Assembly: GCA_000146045.2 (NCBI GenBank)
Contig: BK006946.2
Location: forward strand, 224,001 to 288,000
Source: TPA_inf: Saccharomyces
Lineage: Eukaryota
DNA length: 64,000 nt
Direction of reading: 5' to 3'
Below the pieces are notes generated by a model. It did not search any database. It was not told where the DNA came from and worked only from the letters and a program-made list of their open reading frames with translations. Positions 47,691-60,101 of the stretch are shown here, one piece after another. How positions within the stretch are numbered: the first letter of the stretch is position 1; every line of letters begins with the position of its first letter. The translations under genes and the position numbers were made by a program.

Positions 47691-47781
47691 TCCGGGTGAT
47701 GCTACATAATGCCCTACCCGGGCAACATATAGAATAAGGTATATAAAGTAATAATATGCAGTGAAGTTACCACCGGGTAAC
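47691..47781. promoter_or_regulatory. Three Reb1-type sites (CCGGGTGA 47691-47698, TACCCGGG 47716-47723, CCGGGTAAC 47773-47781, the last a perfect TTACCCGG on the other strand) in the divergent CDC5 / MIX17 promoter
   Basis: Match to Reb1 consensus TTACCCGG; the 47766-47781 copy is a GTTACCaccgGGTAAC inverted repeat. Confidence 0.5.
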
Positions 47782-48192
47782 GCATCTAGAACAGCTGAGA
47801 TGAAAGAGGATAGGCTTGATCGCAGATTTTGCCCGCCCTATCTTTTCAATGTTCCTTCAACAATAACATAAATTTTGATGTAAAAATATGCTGGCGTCCT
47901 CGTACGATTCCCTCTTCATTTATCACAGAAGATGGTGATGATTCTACACATCTGGAAGGCAATAACAGTGCAACTTCATTTTCCGAGGTTCGGTTATGTC
48001 ATGTGTGCTTTTATACGGCAAACGCCACCTTGAACAAAGGTATAAAAGAAAAGCGCTTTTTCACTCCACCGCAATCTCCGCGACCTATATAAGCCTATCA
48101 CTCGTACAGTTTATAACCTTTAAGAAAAAGGATTAATATTTCGAACAAAGAACAGAACAAGAAAAGCAACAACAGCAACAAAATTCTAAAAT

Positions 48193-48663
48193 ATGGCACG
48201 TTCAAGAGGATCATCAAGACCTATATCGAGATCGAGACCTACTCAGACAAGGTCCGCTTCTACCATGGCGGCTCCAGTTCATCCACAACAACAACAACAA
48301 CCAAATGCCTATTCACACCCTCCTGCTGCAGGTGCCCAAACGAGACAGCCAGGTATGTTTGCGCAGATGGCCTCCACTGCTGCAGGTGTTGCCGTTGGTA
48401 GCACCATTGGACACACCCTAGGTGCAGGTATTACCGGTATGTTTTCCGGATCCGGGTCTGATTCCGCTCCTGTTGAGCAACAACAGCAAAATATGGCCAA
48501 CACCTCCGGCCAAACCCAAACGGACCAGCAGTTGGGAAGAACTTGTGAAATAGACGCGAGAAACTTTACACGTTGTTTGGATGAAAACAACGGCAACTTC
48601 CAGATATGTGATTATTACTTGCAGCAACTAAAAGCCTGCCAGGAAGCTGCACGTCAATACTAA
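48193..48663 (+). CDS. MIX17: Mitochondrial IMS twin-Cx9C (CHCH-domain) protein, 156 aa
   Basis: C-terminal CEIDARNFTRC...CDYYLQQLKAC twin CX9C; Gln/Ala-rich N-terminal half. Confidence 0.9.
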   Translation: MARSRGSSRPISRSRPTQTRSASTMAAPVHPQQQQQPNAYSHPPAAGAQTRQPGMFAQMASTAAGVAVGSTIGHTLGAGITGMFSGSGSDSAPVEQQQQNMANTSGQTQTDQQLGRTCEIDARNFTRCLDENNGNFQICDYYLQQLKACQEAARQY

Positions 48664-49117
48664 GTTTAAAAGCTCAAAAATTTAGAAAATATTCACTAAA
48701 ATCATACATTTCGGTAATGTTCTTGTTTTAACCATGTCATTTGACTTATTTTTTTTTGATGGTTTTTCACAGAATCGCATACTCCACGTGAGAACAAGAA
48801 AAAATGAAAGGAATAAGGACTAAATGTCTTATATATATGGATATTTATTTGTTTTATTTTGTATGTAAATAACTTTTATAAATCAAATCATCCAATTTAT
48901 TGACTTCATAATCATTTAATCATCTGCACCCCCACCGCGCGGTGTGGCTGACATTTCCTATGAAGTTCTCAACAGGGGAGGGTAACGTAGTACCTTCGAA
49001 GAGTTTGTTTATTTACTATATTTTATGCTCTTCTTCAGAAGGGCCTGTGATACGCATGTTTCTCAAAAAGACACCTAGTGCAGCTGAACCGGCAAAGTAA
49101 AGCTTCTGAAAGAAGAC

Positions 49118-49714
49118 ATGTCAATTTCTCTATTAGGTAGAATTGTTTCACAACAATTCTCCGGCATACGGGCGGCTGAGCCAGGGAGATCTCTATATTT
49201 ACCGTTTACCTTACTATTGAAACAGCCCGGTGCTTACAAGGTGAGCCTACACAGATATGTACATAGCACCCAAACGAAGAGCCACTTGAGCTTTTTAATG
49301 AATAATAACGATATAACACCTTTTCAAAAATTTACAGTTAAAGTTCTCAAAGAGCAGTGCAAATCAAGAGGGTTAAAATTATCAGGTCGCAAATCAGATT
49401 TGCTACAAAGACTTATCACGCACGATTCATGTTCAAATAAAAAAAGTAGTGTGAAGATAAATGAACCCAAAAAAAAGAGGATATTAATAAATGATCCAAT
49501 CAAAATCACGAAGAAATTGGTTAGTGATAAAACTTTTAGAACTATTGAAAAAAATATTTCTTCACTGCAGAACACACCTGTTATCGAAACTCCCTGCGAC
49601 GTTCATTCACACTTGCAACCAAGGGATAGAATATTCTTATTAGGATTTTTCATGTTATCGTGTCTTTGGTGGAACCTCGAACCTCAGGAATCTAAACCTA
49701 CCATTGACCATTAG
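49118..49714 (+). CDS. AIM34: Mitochondrial SAP-domain protein, 198 aa
   Basis: SAP motif FQKFTVKVLKEQCKSRGLKLSGRKSDLLQRL; N-terminal presequence-like region. Confidence 0.85.
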   Translation: MSISLLGRIVSQQFSGIRAAEPGRSLYLPFTLLLKQPGAYKVSLHRYVHSTQTKSHLSFLMNNNDITPFQKFTVKVLKEQCKSRGLKLSGRKSDLLQRLITHDSCSNKKSSVKINEPKKKRILINDPIKITKKLVSDKTFRTIEKNISSLQNTPVIETPCDVHSHLQPRDRIFLLGFFMLSCLWWNLEPQESKPTIDH

Positions 49715-50016
49715 AAATATAATTCTAGCACTGTAATTAATTGAACTGTATATTCTTTCATAATTTATTAAGACACTTTTACTTTTCTCTACGCTCTCAA
49801 TAAGTTATTGTTGATCCAGATCATCTCGATATTGCCGTCATTTTCGGTTAAGGTAGGCGCTTTTACGAAACACATGCCAGAAAAAAAAGTGAGGAAGGAA
49901 GGTACAATGAAAACAGGGTGAACGCCACTTCTTTTCACCCAAGTTGTAAGAGAAATAATAGTAAAAGCAATCGAATTTGGATTCTATAAAACACCACTGA
50001 GGCGAAAAAAAAAGTA

Positions 50017-51552
50017 ATGGACAATTACGAAGGCAGTGATCCTTGGAATACCAGTTCTAATGCATGGACTAAGGATGATGATCACGTCGTTTCTACCACC
50101 AATAGTGAACCCAGCCTCAACGGAATCTCTGGTGAGTTTAACACCTTGAACTTTTCAACACCTCTGGACACAAATGAGGAGGATACTGGTTTTTTACCGA
50201 CCAACGATGTGCTTGAAGAAAGTATCTGGGATGATAGTAGAAATCCTCTTGGTGCAACTGGCATGAGCCAAACTCCCAATATAGCGGCCAATGAGACAGT
50301 TATAGATAAGAATGATGCTAGAGATCAGAATATAGAAGAATCTGAAGCCGACTTACTTGATTGGACTAACAACGTTAGAAAAACATACAGACCTCTAGAT
50401 GCCGACATCATCATCATTGAAGAGATACCTGAAAGAGAGGGTTTACTTTTCAAGCACGCAAACTATTTAGTGAAACATCTCATTGCTCTTCCAAGTACCT
50501 CGCCTTCTGAAGAACGTACTGTCGTAAGAAGATACTCTGATTTCTTATGGTTAAGAGAAATTCTGCTGAAAAGATACCCTTTTAGAATGATCCCTGAGCT
50601 ACCTCCCAAAAGAATTGGATCCCAAAACGCAGACCAGCTTTTTTTGAAGAAAAGAAGAATAGGGTTATCTAGATTCATTAATTTGGTAATGAAACACCCT
50701 AAATTAAGTAATGATGATTTAGTGTTAACATTTTTAACCGTACGCACTGACTTAACAAGTTGGAGAAAGCAAGCAACCTATGACACTTCAAACGAATTCG
50801 CTGATAAAAAGATATCACAAGAATTTATGAAAATGTGGAAAAAAGAGTTTGCAGAACAATGGAACCAGGCTGCATCTTGTATCGATACCTCGATGGAATT
50901 ATGGTATAGAATCACGCTTCTCTTGGAAAGGCATGAAAAAAGAATTATGCAAATGGTACACGAAAGAAATTTTTTTGAGACACTAGTGGATAACTTTAGC
51001 GAAGTGACTCCAAAACTATATCCGGTACAACAAAATGATACCATATTGGACATTAATAACAATTTGAGTATAATTAAAAAACACCTAGAAACTACGAGTA
51101 GTATCTGCAAACAAGAAACAGAAGAAATATCGGGAACGTTATCGCCAAAATTCAAAATTTTCACGGACATCTTACTTTCTTTGAGAAGTTTATTTGAGAG
51201 ATACAAAATTATGGCTGCAAATAACGTAGTTGAATTGCAAAGACATGTCGAATTGAACAAAGAGAAATTGGAATCGATGAAAGGAAAACCAGATGTCAGT
51301 GGAGCAGAGTACGACAGGATAAAAAAAATCATACAGAAGGATAGAAGAAGCATAATAGAGCAATCAAACAGAGCTTGGTTGATAAGACAATGTATTTTGG
51401 AAGAGTTTACAATCTTTCAGGAAACCCAATTTTTAATAACACGTGCCTTCCAGGATTGGGCAAAATTGAACTCCAACCATGCCGGTCTCAAACTGAATGA
51501 GTGGGAAAAGCTCGTCACAAGCATCATGGATATGCCGATTTCTCGTGAATAA
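50017..51552 (+). CDS. MVP1: Sorting nexin with PX domain and C-terminal BAR-like region, 511 aa
   Basis: PX motif RRYSDFLWLREILLKRYPFRMIPELPPK. Confidence 0.9.
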   Translation: MDNYEGSDPWNTSSNAWTKDDDHVVSTTNSEPSLNGISGEFNTLNFSTPLDTNEEDTGFLPTNDVLEESIWDDSRNPLGATGMSQTPNIAANETVIDKNDARDQNIEESEADLLDWTNNVRKTYRPLDADIIIIEEIPEREGLLFKHANYLVKHLIALPSTSPSEERTVVRRYSDFLWLREILLKRYPFRMIPELPPKRIGSQNADQLFLKKRRIGLSRFINLVMKHPKLSNDDLVLTFLTVRTDLTSWRKQATYDTSNEFADKKISQEFMKMWKKEFAEQWNQAASCIDTSMELWYRITLLLERHEKRIMQMVHERNFFETLVDNFSEVTPKLYPVQQNDTILDINNNLSIIKKHLETTSSICKQETEEISGTLSPKFKIFTDILLSLRSLFERYKIMAANNVVELQRHVELNKEKLESMKGKPDVSGAEYDRIKKIIQKDRRSIIEQSNRAWLIRQCILEEFTIFQETQFLITRAFQDWAKLNSNHAGLKLNEWEKLVTSIMDMPISRE

Positions 51553-52044
51553 ATTTTACGGAGTGAAGACTAACCACTTAGTCTGCCAAAACATTATTGA
51601 AGGATATCCAACAGATGTAATTGACGTACTAAACAGAGAAATAATTAGGTAAATAGAGTAAAGATATGTACCACTATAAATTGTTATTTATTTGTTTTTC
51701 AATTTTAAATACAGTGTATGAAGCCTAATTCGGATATTATAGGTTCCCATATTTATTAGAAGGTAACAAATCTTTCGATAATTTGGATTAGATAGCCTTA
51801 TAATATGCCGGACAAACGACGCCCGCTAAAAATGTGTATTCTCCAGTATTCAATATTCGTCATAAATGATCTTAATTTGAAAAAGTGAATGAACTGAACA
51901 TCGATAAGTCGAATGTGGTCCGTGTAATAGCTCAAATGGGAAAGTTTTTCTAATCAGCATTCTGTATAACCTCACCTGCACGTAATCTAAAGTGCTTTTA
52001 TCGATTGGTAGTGCACATATTGTCTTTCGGCATCATATCACATA

Positions 52045-53211
52045 ATGGCAAATTCGCCGAAAAAGCCATCTGATGGCACTGGAGTATCAGCGTCAGACAC
52101 GCCTAAATATCAACATACCGTCCCAGAAACGAAACCAGCATTTAATTTGTCACCAGGTAAAGCTAGTGAGCTATCACATAGCCTTCCGTCGCCTAGCCAG
52201 ATAAAATCAACCGCACATGTATCTTCAACTCACAATGATGCGGCAGGTAATACGGATGATTCTGTTCTTCCTAAAAATGTATCACCCACAACTAATTTGA
52301 GAGTTGAAAGTAATGGAGATACAAACAATATGTTCTCTAGCCCTGCTGGACTAGCTCTACCAAAAAAGGATGATAAAAAAAAAAACAAGGGTACGAGTAA
52401 AGCAGATTCTAAAGATGGCAAAGCATCCAACTCCTCAGGACAGAATGCACAACAACAATCAGACCCAAATAAAATGCAAGATGTCCTTTTTTCCGCAGGT
52501 ATCGATGTTAGGGAGGAGGAGGCTCTTCTAAATTCATCTATTAATGCCTCAAAATCCCAAGTTCAAACAAATAACGTTAAGATCCCCAACCATTTACCAT
52601 TCCTTCACCCGGAACAAGTTTCCAATTATATGAGGAAAGTCGGAAAAGAGCAAAACTTCAACCTGACCCCTACAAAGAATCCTGAAATTTTGGACATGAT
52701 GTCAAGTGCCTGCGAAAACTATATGAGAGATATCCTAACAAATGCCATTGTCATCTCCCGACATAGAAGAAAAGCAGTCAAGATAAATTCTGGTAGAAGA
52801 AGTGAAGTTTCTGCGGCTTTAAGAGCCATTGCACTAATTCAAAAAAAAGAAGAAGAAAGGCGTGTGAAAAAAAGAATTGCGTTGGGACTCGAGAAGGAAG
52901 ATTATGAAAATAAGATTGATTCCGAAGAGACGTTACACAGAGCATCGAACGTTACGGCTGGCCTTAGAGCAGGTAGTAAAAAACAGTATGGTTGGCTAAC
53001 TTCATCAGTAAATAAGCCGACGTCCTTGGGAGCAAAATCTTCAGGCAAAGTCGCCTCCGACATCACGGCTAGAGGAGAAAGTGGGCTAAAGTTTAGAGAA
53101 GCTAGAGAGGAGCCTGGTATAGTAATGAGGGATTTACTCTTTGCTCTCGAAAATAGGCGCAACAGCGTTCAGACTATTATTTCAAAGGGTTATGCCAAGA
53201 TCAGAGATTAA
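52045..53211 (+). CDS. TAF4: TFIID subunit Taf4, 388 aa
   Basis: Length and synteny; conserved TAF4 C-terminal region. Confidence 0.85.
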   Translation: MANSPKKPSDGTGVSASDTPKYQHTVPETKPAFNLSPGKASELSHSLPSPSQIKSTAHVSSTHNDAAGNTDDSVLPKNVSPTTNLRVESNGDTNNMFSSPAGLALPKKDDKKKNKGTSKADSKDGKASNSSGQNAQQQSDPNKMQDVLFSAGIDVREEEALLNSSINASKSQVQTNNVKIPNHLPFLHPEQVSNYMRKVGKEQNFNLTPTKNPEILDMMSSACENYMRDILTNAIVISRHRRKAVKINSGRRSEVSAALRAIALIQKKEEERRVKKRIALGLEKEDYENKIDSEETLHRASNVTAGLRAGSKKQYGWLTSSVNKPTSLGAKSSGKVASDITARGESGLKFREAREEPGIVMRDLLFALENRRNSVQTIISKGYAKIRD

Positions 53212-53560
53212 TTGCTCATCTCTTATACTGTCTATAATATTTAAAGGTATAGTGTTTCAAATAAACTAGGATATAAAAAAAACAAGATTGACTAACATAA
53301 AGAAGGCCGGTTGGTGTCGCTTAGTCAAGTCATCGCCAAGCTATTGAGGACCATTCAACCTTTTTGCTTTGTTCATTTTAACTTTATAATAAGGAAGATA
53401 TATCAATCCTTGAAGTTAGGCATCCTTCTACCAAAAATAGCGGAAAGAGGAGTGATAATCGGGAAAAAAATTTTCATATTAATACACATTTTTATACATT
53501 TACTTGTCATTATCCTTTTGGGTGAAAGGATGTATTATGTATTGTTTCTCAGAAGGGCTT

Positions 53561-55681
53561 CTAAATTAGTCCAAATAATGCTGTTATGGCACCTAACAAA
53601 CTCATTAGAGTATTAGTGTTCGCATAGGAAATAGCCGCAGCATTCGCTTTGTTTGCCGTAGAGGAAGAAGAACGAGCTGTAGAGGAAGAAATTGAAGAGG
53701 ATGAAGAATTTGAGTTTAAAGTTGTATTTGACGAAGAGTTTGAGTTAGAAGTGACATTTGATGAAGTCGAGGTTGTTGAGTTTGATGTAGTATTTCCGGA
53801 GGTTGATGAACCTAAGAGAGCCGTTATTGGAATACCGTCAGTAGCCTCAGAGATTGCAGAGGCAATAGCACCGCTTTGATACGTACTATTTCCCGATAGT
53901 TCAGGATTAGCTGAGGTACTTAGTGTGCCGTTCCAGCAGTAATCCGCAAAACATTTGGTACATTCAGGGGGCAAGGTGGCATTTAGGCTTTCTTGCTTAC
54001 GTCTAATGATGGCACAACCTATGCAACCTAAAAAGTTAGAGTCATCCGTAAAGTTGCCCATTGTAGCAGCTTCAAAACCATTTCTGATCATTCCAAGACG
54101 TTCTGTAACATTGTAGTTCATCTTCAAAGTACTTTGGTTACCATTGAATGAATGTTTTGTGTTTGGGATATATACAACTAAAGGTGGAATATACTCCAAG
54201 TCCGTCAAATTTTTTGCATCACAACCAAAAAACGTTGGCTTATTAGTTAAGCCCAAGTTAAGGAAGGTGTTAACGTCTGGAACATATGGGAAAGCCATTC
54301 CTTTACCTTGCTTAGAATACTGGCGCTCATAAGTGTTCGTCATGCACACACCACTTGGCCATGATTCATCAGTATTGTCGGATATATCCAATGCGAACAC
54401 CACATCCAAGTCACGTTCCTTCTTGATTAGTGGAACCAACGGCAAATTTTGGCCGTCCTCACCACCATCAACTAAAAACAAATCATCGGCATCAACAATA
54501 CTGGAAGTGTAATTGCGGTCAACAAATTCTGTATCCTTGAATGGATTTGCAGCGTAAATTGCAATATCATCGTCATCTTGGGATAGGTTGTTAACGTACT
54601 TGTTGGCAAAACTATTAATCATTTTATAATAGGTCGAAGTGGAAGCTTCCAGGGAAAATTCGTTGAATAAACTGGCGGATGTGGCAATTACAAATCCAGC
54701 ATTATCGTAACCAGAAACGCATTGATCCTTGTTGACCGGTTTACCATTTGTAACGTTGGTACCTAGATATTTCACATCCGTAAAAGCGTTCAAAGAAGGA
54801 TCCCAAGAACCCATTTCAAATGGAGTGAACTCGAAAAGAGTGGCATTCAAGTTTATCACGGTGGTACCTGGGTATCTACCATCTGCAACAGTAATTGGTA
54901 AAGGCATTTCACCGTTTTTGAACACATCAACATCTCTCAAAGAGGACCAAGTCAAAGCGGAGCCAGCATCTGGCAAGCTTGGAAAGAAGTTGTAAGAAAG
55001 TGCACGGGCCCACAAATCCGACAAAGATATATTGAAGCCTGCATCAGACTTAGCCTGCACTTCTTGTACAATGGACTCCCATCTTTCAATTGTGTAGGTC
55101 AAATTAGAGCCACCAGGGTTCACAATGGATTTCGTGATATTCCAGATGGAATCGCTCTCACTCATATGGTCTACAATTTCCTGTACAGAGGTCCAATTGT
55201 TCCATGCCAAAGTACCAGTCAACCAGTTACCACCGGACAAACCCGATAGATACGTGGAACTTTGTAGTAAACCACCAAGACCATGCTCGTTAGCACCATC
55301 AGTACGATTGTCCATAGCAGCAATCATACCAGCACCACCCAACATGGCACGATAACCACCACCAGAGCATGCAATACCAATTTTGGGTACATTGGAAGAG
55401 TTACTACTGAAAAGAGTGGATAGCAAAGAAGTGTCACTGAAGTTAGAAGTAGCTCTGCTTAAGAAGGAATGTAAAGCTTCTTTAGTGTACGCATCTCTTT
55501 TCTTTAACCAATCAGTTTCAGCGGTAGATAAGCCAGACGCGTTTCTAACTAAAGAGGTATCATCACTGGGACAAGGAATTATTGATGGAGCATAACCATC
55601 ACCAGTAGTGGACGACGAATCTGCAGCGAGCGAAAGTCCAGAAATTAGCGAGCTAGCCTGTAATATGTTCCGTAATTGCAT
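53561..55681 (-). CDS. PLB2: Phospholipase B (lysophospholipase, cPLA2-like catalytic domain, Ser/Thr-rich GPI-anchored C-terminus), 706 aa
   Basis: Near-identical blocks to PLB1 ([34 protein letters not shown]); ATG 26 codons inside the track ORF. Confidence 0.92.
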   Translation of the reverse strand: MQLRNILQASSLISGLSLAADSSSTTGDGYAPSIIPCPSDDTSLVRNASGLSTAETDWLKKRDAYTKEALHSFLSRATSNFSDTSLLSTLFSSNSSNVPKIGIACSGGGYRAMLGGAGMIAAMDNRTDGANEHGLGGLLQSSTYLSGLSGGNWLTGTLAWNNWTSVQEIVDHMSESDSIWNITKSIVNPGGSNLTYTIERWESIVQEVQAKSDAGFNISLSDLWARALSYNFFPSLPDAGSALTWSSLRDVDVFKNGEMPLPITVADGRYPGTTVINLNATLFEFTPFEMGSWDPSLNAFTDVKYLGTNVTNGKPVNKDQCVSGYDNAGFVIATSASLFNEFSLEASTSTYYKMINSFANKYVNNLSQDDDDIAIYAANPFKDTEFVDRNYTSSIVDADDLFLVDGGEDGQNLPLVPLIKKERDLDVVFALDISDNTDESWPSGVCMTNTYERQYSKQGKGMAFPYVPDVNTFLNLGLTNKPTFFGCDAKNLTDLEYIPPLVVYIPNTKHSFNGNQSTLKMNYNVTERLGMIRNGFEAATMGNFTDDSNFLGCIGCAIIRRKQESLNATLPPECTKCFADYCWNGTLSTSANPELSGNSTYQSGAIASAISEATDGIPITALLGSSTSGNTTSNSTTSTSSNVTSNSNSSSNTTLNSNSSSSSISSSTARSSSSTANKANAAAISYANTNTLMSLLGAITALFGLI

Positions 55682-55959
55682 CTGCGTAAGAAGTGTTACT
55701 TTACCAGCGCGAGTGAATTTTAACTCACTTCTAACCCTTGATAAGATTTGAAGGCACACTAAGGAAAAACAAGCTAAAAGACATTTCTAACGCCTTGTAA
55801 AGATAACTAATTGTGCTCATATATAAGGTATATTCTACTCCACATGAGATACGAAAAGAAGAAGATTCTCAGACTATTTAACTCTTTGTCCTTTTTTTAC
55901 CTTTTTTTTGATTTTTTTTTCACTTTCTTCTGTTGGTAAACAATGCCAAGGTGGAGAAT

Positions 55960-56340
55960 ATGCGGAAGAAATGTCCGCAAGGTAAAAAATTGTTGAAAAA
56001 GGCGACGCGTCCCTTTGTAGGAGCTTTTCGAAGGCGTATACGAGCCAAGAAAAACCTTATTTCCCAGTTTGGCCAGACCGGCTGCATTGGGTGCGACGGT
56101 AAATTCTCTATAGGCATCACCATTGAAAAGTATGTCCTTAATTTAGTCGTGAGAATCATCATTGTGTTCGCCCTTTGTCGTATAACCGAATTGAGTGTCT
56201 TTGATTCATCTCTAAGGTGTAAAAGCAGAAAAACCAGATTATCTAAAGCTGCAAGAAAGAAAGAAACTGATCATTTTCATGAACAGTGCAGATATGTGGA
56301 AGTGAAATTTGGCCTGCAGATGGCATATCTGCAATCCTAG
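55960..56340 (+). other. 126-aa ORF in the PLB2-PLB1 intergenic region (position of dubious ORF YMR007W); basic, no recognisable domain
   Basis: ATG-initiated ORF only; no motif support. Confidence 0.25.
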
Positions 56341-56589
56341 CTTTTTCCTTCTGCACTTTAAACCTATCTATATATCTTCGATGAAAGTACTGCATGAACA
56401 TATCTGTATAGATAGATATATGTAGGGAAGACACCCGGTATGTAAATGTTAATGCTCGTAAGATTTCGAGTTTGTAAAAATAAGATGCGGTATGCACTTG
56501 AGATCTCGTAAACTATTTGTATGTTGATATTTTTGCGCTTTTCTCACTCTCGTATTCTTTTAGAAAAGAAATAGAAACGAAGAAAGAGC

Positions 56590-58584
56590 CTAAATTAGAC
56601 CGAAGACGGCACTAATGACACTTAAGACACCAATAAAAGTGTTAGTGTTTAAGTTAGAATAATTCACCAAAGCATTGCCCGCATTTTTCTTATGAGTGGA
56701 AGACCCAGAAGCAGAGGCAGAGGCGGAAGCAGAGGCAGAGGCAGAGGCAGAGGCAGCAGCGGCGGAGGCAGACAAGGAAGCAGAAGAAGAATAATCATCA
56801 TTTCCTACACCTGAGACTGACCTGCTGTCAATAGTACCGTTCCAGCAGTAGTTGGTAAAACACTGGCTGCATTCAGAGGGCAATGTAGCATTCAAGTTTT
56901 GTTGCTTACGTCTGATAATGGCGCAACCAACACAGCCCAAGAAATCAGAATCATCAGTAAAATTACCCATTGTGGCAGCTTCAAACCCATTCTTAATCAT
57001 ACCAAGACGTTCTGAATCGGAGTATGACATCTTAAAAGTACTTTGGTTACCATTAAATGAATGTCTTGAATTTGGAATGTAAACAATTAATGGTGGAATG
57101 TACTCCAAGTCTGTCAAATTTCTTGCATCACAACCAAAAAAGGTTGGCTTTTTGTTCAACCCCAAGTTGACAAATGTGTTCACATCTGGAACATATGGGA
57201 AAGACAAATTGAGACCTTGGCTGCCAAATTGACGCTGATAAGTGTTAACTAATGAAGCACCATCTGGCCAATAGTCGTCAGTATCAGCAGAATTGTCTAA
57301 TGCAAAAATAACATCTAGTTCACGTTCCTTTTGCAACAATGGAACTAAAGGAATATTTTGGTTATCTTCACCACCATCAACCAAAAATAGATATTCTGAT
57401 TCGATAATACTGGAGGTTGCGTTCTTTTGAAGAAAATTAGCTTCCTTGAATGGATTTGGGGCGTAAATTGCAATATCGTCACTATTGTCGGATAAATCTT
57501 CCAGGAAATCGGTGGCTAAGTTAGCAATAAATGAAGGTAAATCGGTAGAATTCAATCTTAGTAAAAATTGGTTAAACAACGTAGATGAAGTGGCTGTTAT
57601 GAAACCAGTGTTATCAAACCCGGCAATGCATTGGCCTTTATTAACTGGTTTACCGTTTGTAACGTTGGTACCTAAATACTTCACATCCGTAAATGCGTTC
57701 AAAGTGGGGTCCCATGAACCCATTTCAAAGGGATTAAATTCGAAAAGAGTGGCATTCAAGTTTATCACGGTGGTACCTGGGTATCTACCGTCTGCAACAG
57801 TGATAGGGAAGGGCATTTCTCCATTCTTGAAGACATCAGCTTCCCTTAAAGTTGACCATGTGTACCCTACACCACCACGGTGTAAGCTTGGCCAAAAATT
57901 GTACGCAAGAGCACGGCCCCAAACATCCGCCAAAGAGATGTTGAAACCGGCGTCTTTTTTATCCTGAACGTCATCTGATATGTCGTCCCATCTACTCCCA
58001 GTCTTAAAGATGTTAATGCCGTCTGGGGTAAGAATTGAATGAGAGATGTCCCAAATTGAGTTAGATTCTGTTGTATTATCCACGATAGCTTGCACAGACG
58101 TCCAGTTGTTCCAAGCCAAAGTACTTGTTAACCAGTTACCACCCGACAGACCTGCCAAGTAAGTTGCACCTTGCAGCAGCCCACCAAGACCATGCTCATT
58201 TGCGCCATCAGTACGATTGTCCATAGCAGCAAGCATACCAGCACCAGACAACATGGCACGGTAACCACCACCAGAACAGGCGACGGCAATCTTAGGCATA
58301 TTGGAAGAGTTGCTACCAAAAAGAGTGGATAGCAAGGAAGTGTCACTGAAATTCGAAGTGGCCCTATTCAAAAAAGAATGCAAAGCCTCCTTGGTGTATG
58401 CATCTCTTTTTTTCAGCCATTCTGTTTCGTTATCTGACAAACCAGATGCTTCTCTGACTAAGTTAATATCATCATCACAGGTTACGTTCGCAGGGACGTA
58501 ACTGTTATTTGGTGACCAAGCGTTAACGTTCTCTGTTAGAGAAGTCAAAACTGCAGCAGAAACCAACAAACTCTGCAACTTCAT
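56590..58584 (-). CDS. PLB1: Phospholipase B 1, tandem paralogue of PLB2, 664 aa
   Basis: Same catalytic blocks as PLB2; (GCAGAG)n repeat 56711-56772 encodes a C-terminal (SA)n tract. Confidence 0.95.
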   Translation of the reverse strand: MKLQSLLVSAAVLTSLTENVNAWSPNNSYVPANVTCDDDINLVREASGLSDNETEWLKKRDAYTKEALHSFLNRATSNFSDTSLLSTLFGSNSSNMPKIAVACSGGGYRAMLSGAGMLAAMDNRTDGANEHGLGGLLQGATYLAGLSGGNWLTSTLAWNNWTSVQAIVDNTTESNSIWDISHSILTPDGINIFKTGSRWDDISDDVQDKKDAGFNISLADVWGRALAYNFWPSLHRGGVGYTWSTLREADVFKNGEMPFPITVADGRYPGTTVINLNATLFEFNPFEMGSWDPTLNAFTDVKYLGTNVTNGKPVNKGQCIAGFDNTGFITATSSTLFNQFLLRLNSTDLPSFIANLATDFLEDLSDNSDDIAIYAPNPFKEANFLQKNATSSIIESEYLFLVDGGEDNQNIPLVPLLQKERELDVIFALDNSADTDDYWPDGASLVNTYQRQFGSQGLNLSFPYVPDVNTFVNLGLNKKPTFFGCDARNLTDLEYIPPLIVYIPNSRHSFNGNQSTFKMSYSDSERLGMIKNGFEAATMGNFTDDSDFLGCVGCAIIRRKQQNLNATLPSECSQCFTNYCWNGTIDSRSVSGVGNDDYSSSASLSASAAAASASASASASASASASGSSTHKKNAGNALVNYSNLNTNTFIGVLSVISAVFGLI
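56711..56772. repeat. PLB1: Imperfect hexanucleotide (GCAGAG)n / (GCnGAG)n coding repeat in the PLB1 C-terminal Ser/Ala linker
   Basis: gcagaggcagaggcggaagcagaggcagaggcagaggcagagg read directly. Confidence 0.9.
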
Positions 58585-59080
58585 GGTTTTGTTTTATTTT
58601 CTTTCCCGTTTGCCCTTAGGATGGATAGCTTCGTGTAATTTACGTTATATGAACGAAAAAAGAGAGAAATGTTAAGAAAAGAACGAAGAATTGATTAGTT
58701 AGTATAACCTAATAAATGTAGAACCTTACAGCGAAGAGACGTTTCCGTTGGTTAAATGTGGTGGAAGCGTCTTTATATATTAGATGATGTAGTTTACCTA
58801 AGCAGTTAGAAGAAAATAAAGTAACCAAGTCATCTTCTAAGCAAAAATAGGAGACGTAAATGAATGTTGCTTAACTGAGAAAAATATGCGGGAATAAGCG
58901 GACATGTTACTGTATGAGGTTATTTCCCTTTATAGATAAGGGCGTAAACCGCATATAATGAGGAAAGGCGAAGTTAGAAACGGACTTTTTAGGTCGCTTT
59001 GAAGAAGTCCGTGCAGGAAACCCATGCGTCCACTTATTTTAGCACTATGTGGCATGAGAAAGCTTTGGAAGGAATAAACG

Positions 59081-59548
59081 TTAGGACCCCACTGCGCCGC
59101 TTTTACGCAGGGCAATTTCGGGGACAAAGGGGGCTGAAGGAATACAATTCCGATCCAAGGCAACAAGTAGGTCAGAACCCTTTATTAACCTGCGCTTGTT
59201 AGTGGCTTCCTTTGTACTCTGTCCGTAATCCAGCATAGCGCTGAATTGCTGAAAGATATGGGTAGCGGTCAGATGAGAAGGGCAATCGTCAGGACTTCTG
59301 TTGAAAAGCGGACTAAACATAGGCATTATCATTCTTAGAGTTTTACGAGCAAATAGAATCGAGTGACTTCCGTCGTTGCTAACAGGCGCAGTAATAATAA
59401 CCGCGGACGAAAGCCACGCAGGCAAAGAATGCTTTCGCTGAAATATCGGAGTCTTGCTATTGTTCAGGGCTTTGCCGGTGCGTAAATAATAGGCTGAAGC
59501 GAATTTGATTTCCCGCACAAAAAATTTTTGCTCGAGTAAGTCATACAT
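59081..59548 (-). other. 155-aa ATG-initiated ORF inside an about 650-bp block of elevated G+C (about 48% vs about 35% typical intergenic) in the long PLB1 upstream region; possibly the small annotated ORF YMR008C-A; coding status uncertain
   Basis: ORF and local base composition only; no domain or motif recognised. Confidence 0.25.
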
Positions 59549-60101
59549 ATATCTTGCATGCGTAAAAAAAATTGCAATTGCTGAAGATTGAACGACCGCC
59601 CACCGGTATTTTCATCTCTTCTAGATCAAGACTAACTGCTCGTTCAGTACAAGTATTTTACGATAGTCCATATTACTCTTCAATTAATATTTTTTTTTTA
59701 TATTCTGGCCCGTTTTTGACACAATTTTTTCCTTCTCTTTTTCTCCCTATAAACTATGCAGAAGTAGCGATAATCACGATCTTGTTAATGATTCACATGT
59801 GCGCAAGTCGTATTGTCTGTCTAGATAGTGAGATGCCTTCTAAATAACAGGAGAGAGGCAAGATAGCATAACGGCGCAATGAAGGTAATTTCTGCCAGTT
59901 TTCTTTGCATTGACGACTGAAAGGGCCCTTGTAAGAGCCGCTCGACAGGGCGACGCCACAGTAGAGTCGCTAACACCGAAATATGCATATTGAAAAACAT
60001 CAAAGTATAAAAGAACAAAGAGGGTGGCATCTGCAGATCAAAAAAAACAATAACCACCAAACAAGACACTAAAAAAGGTCGTAAAAAGGTCAAAAGTTAG
60101 A

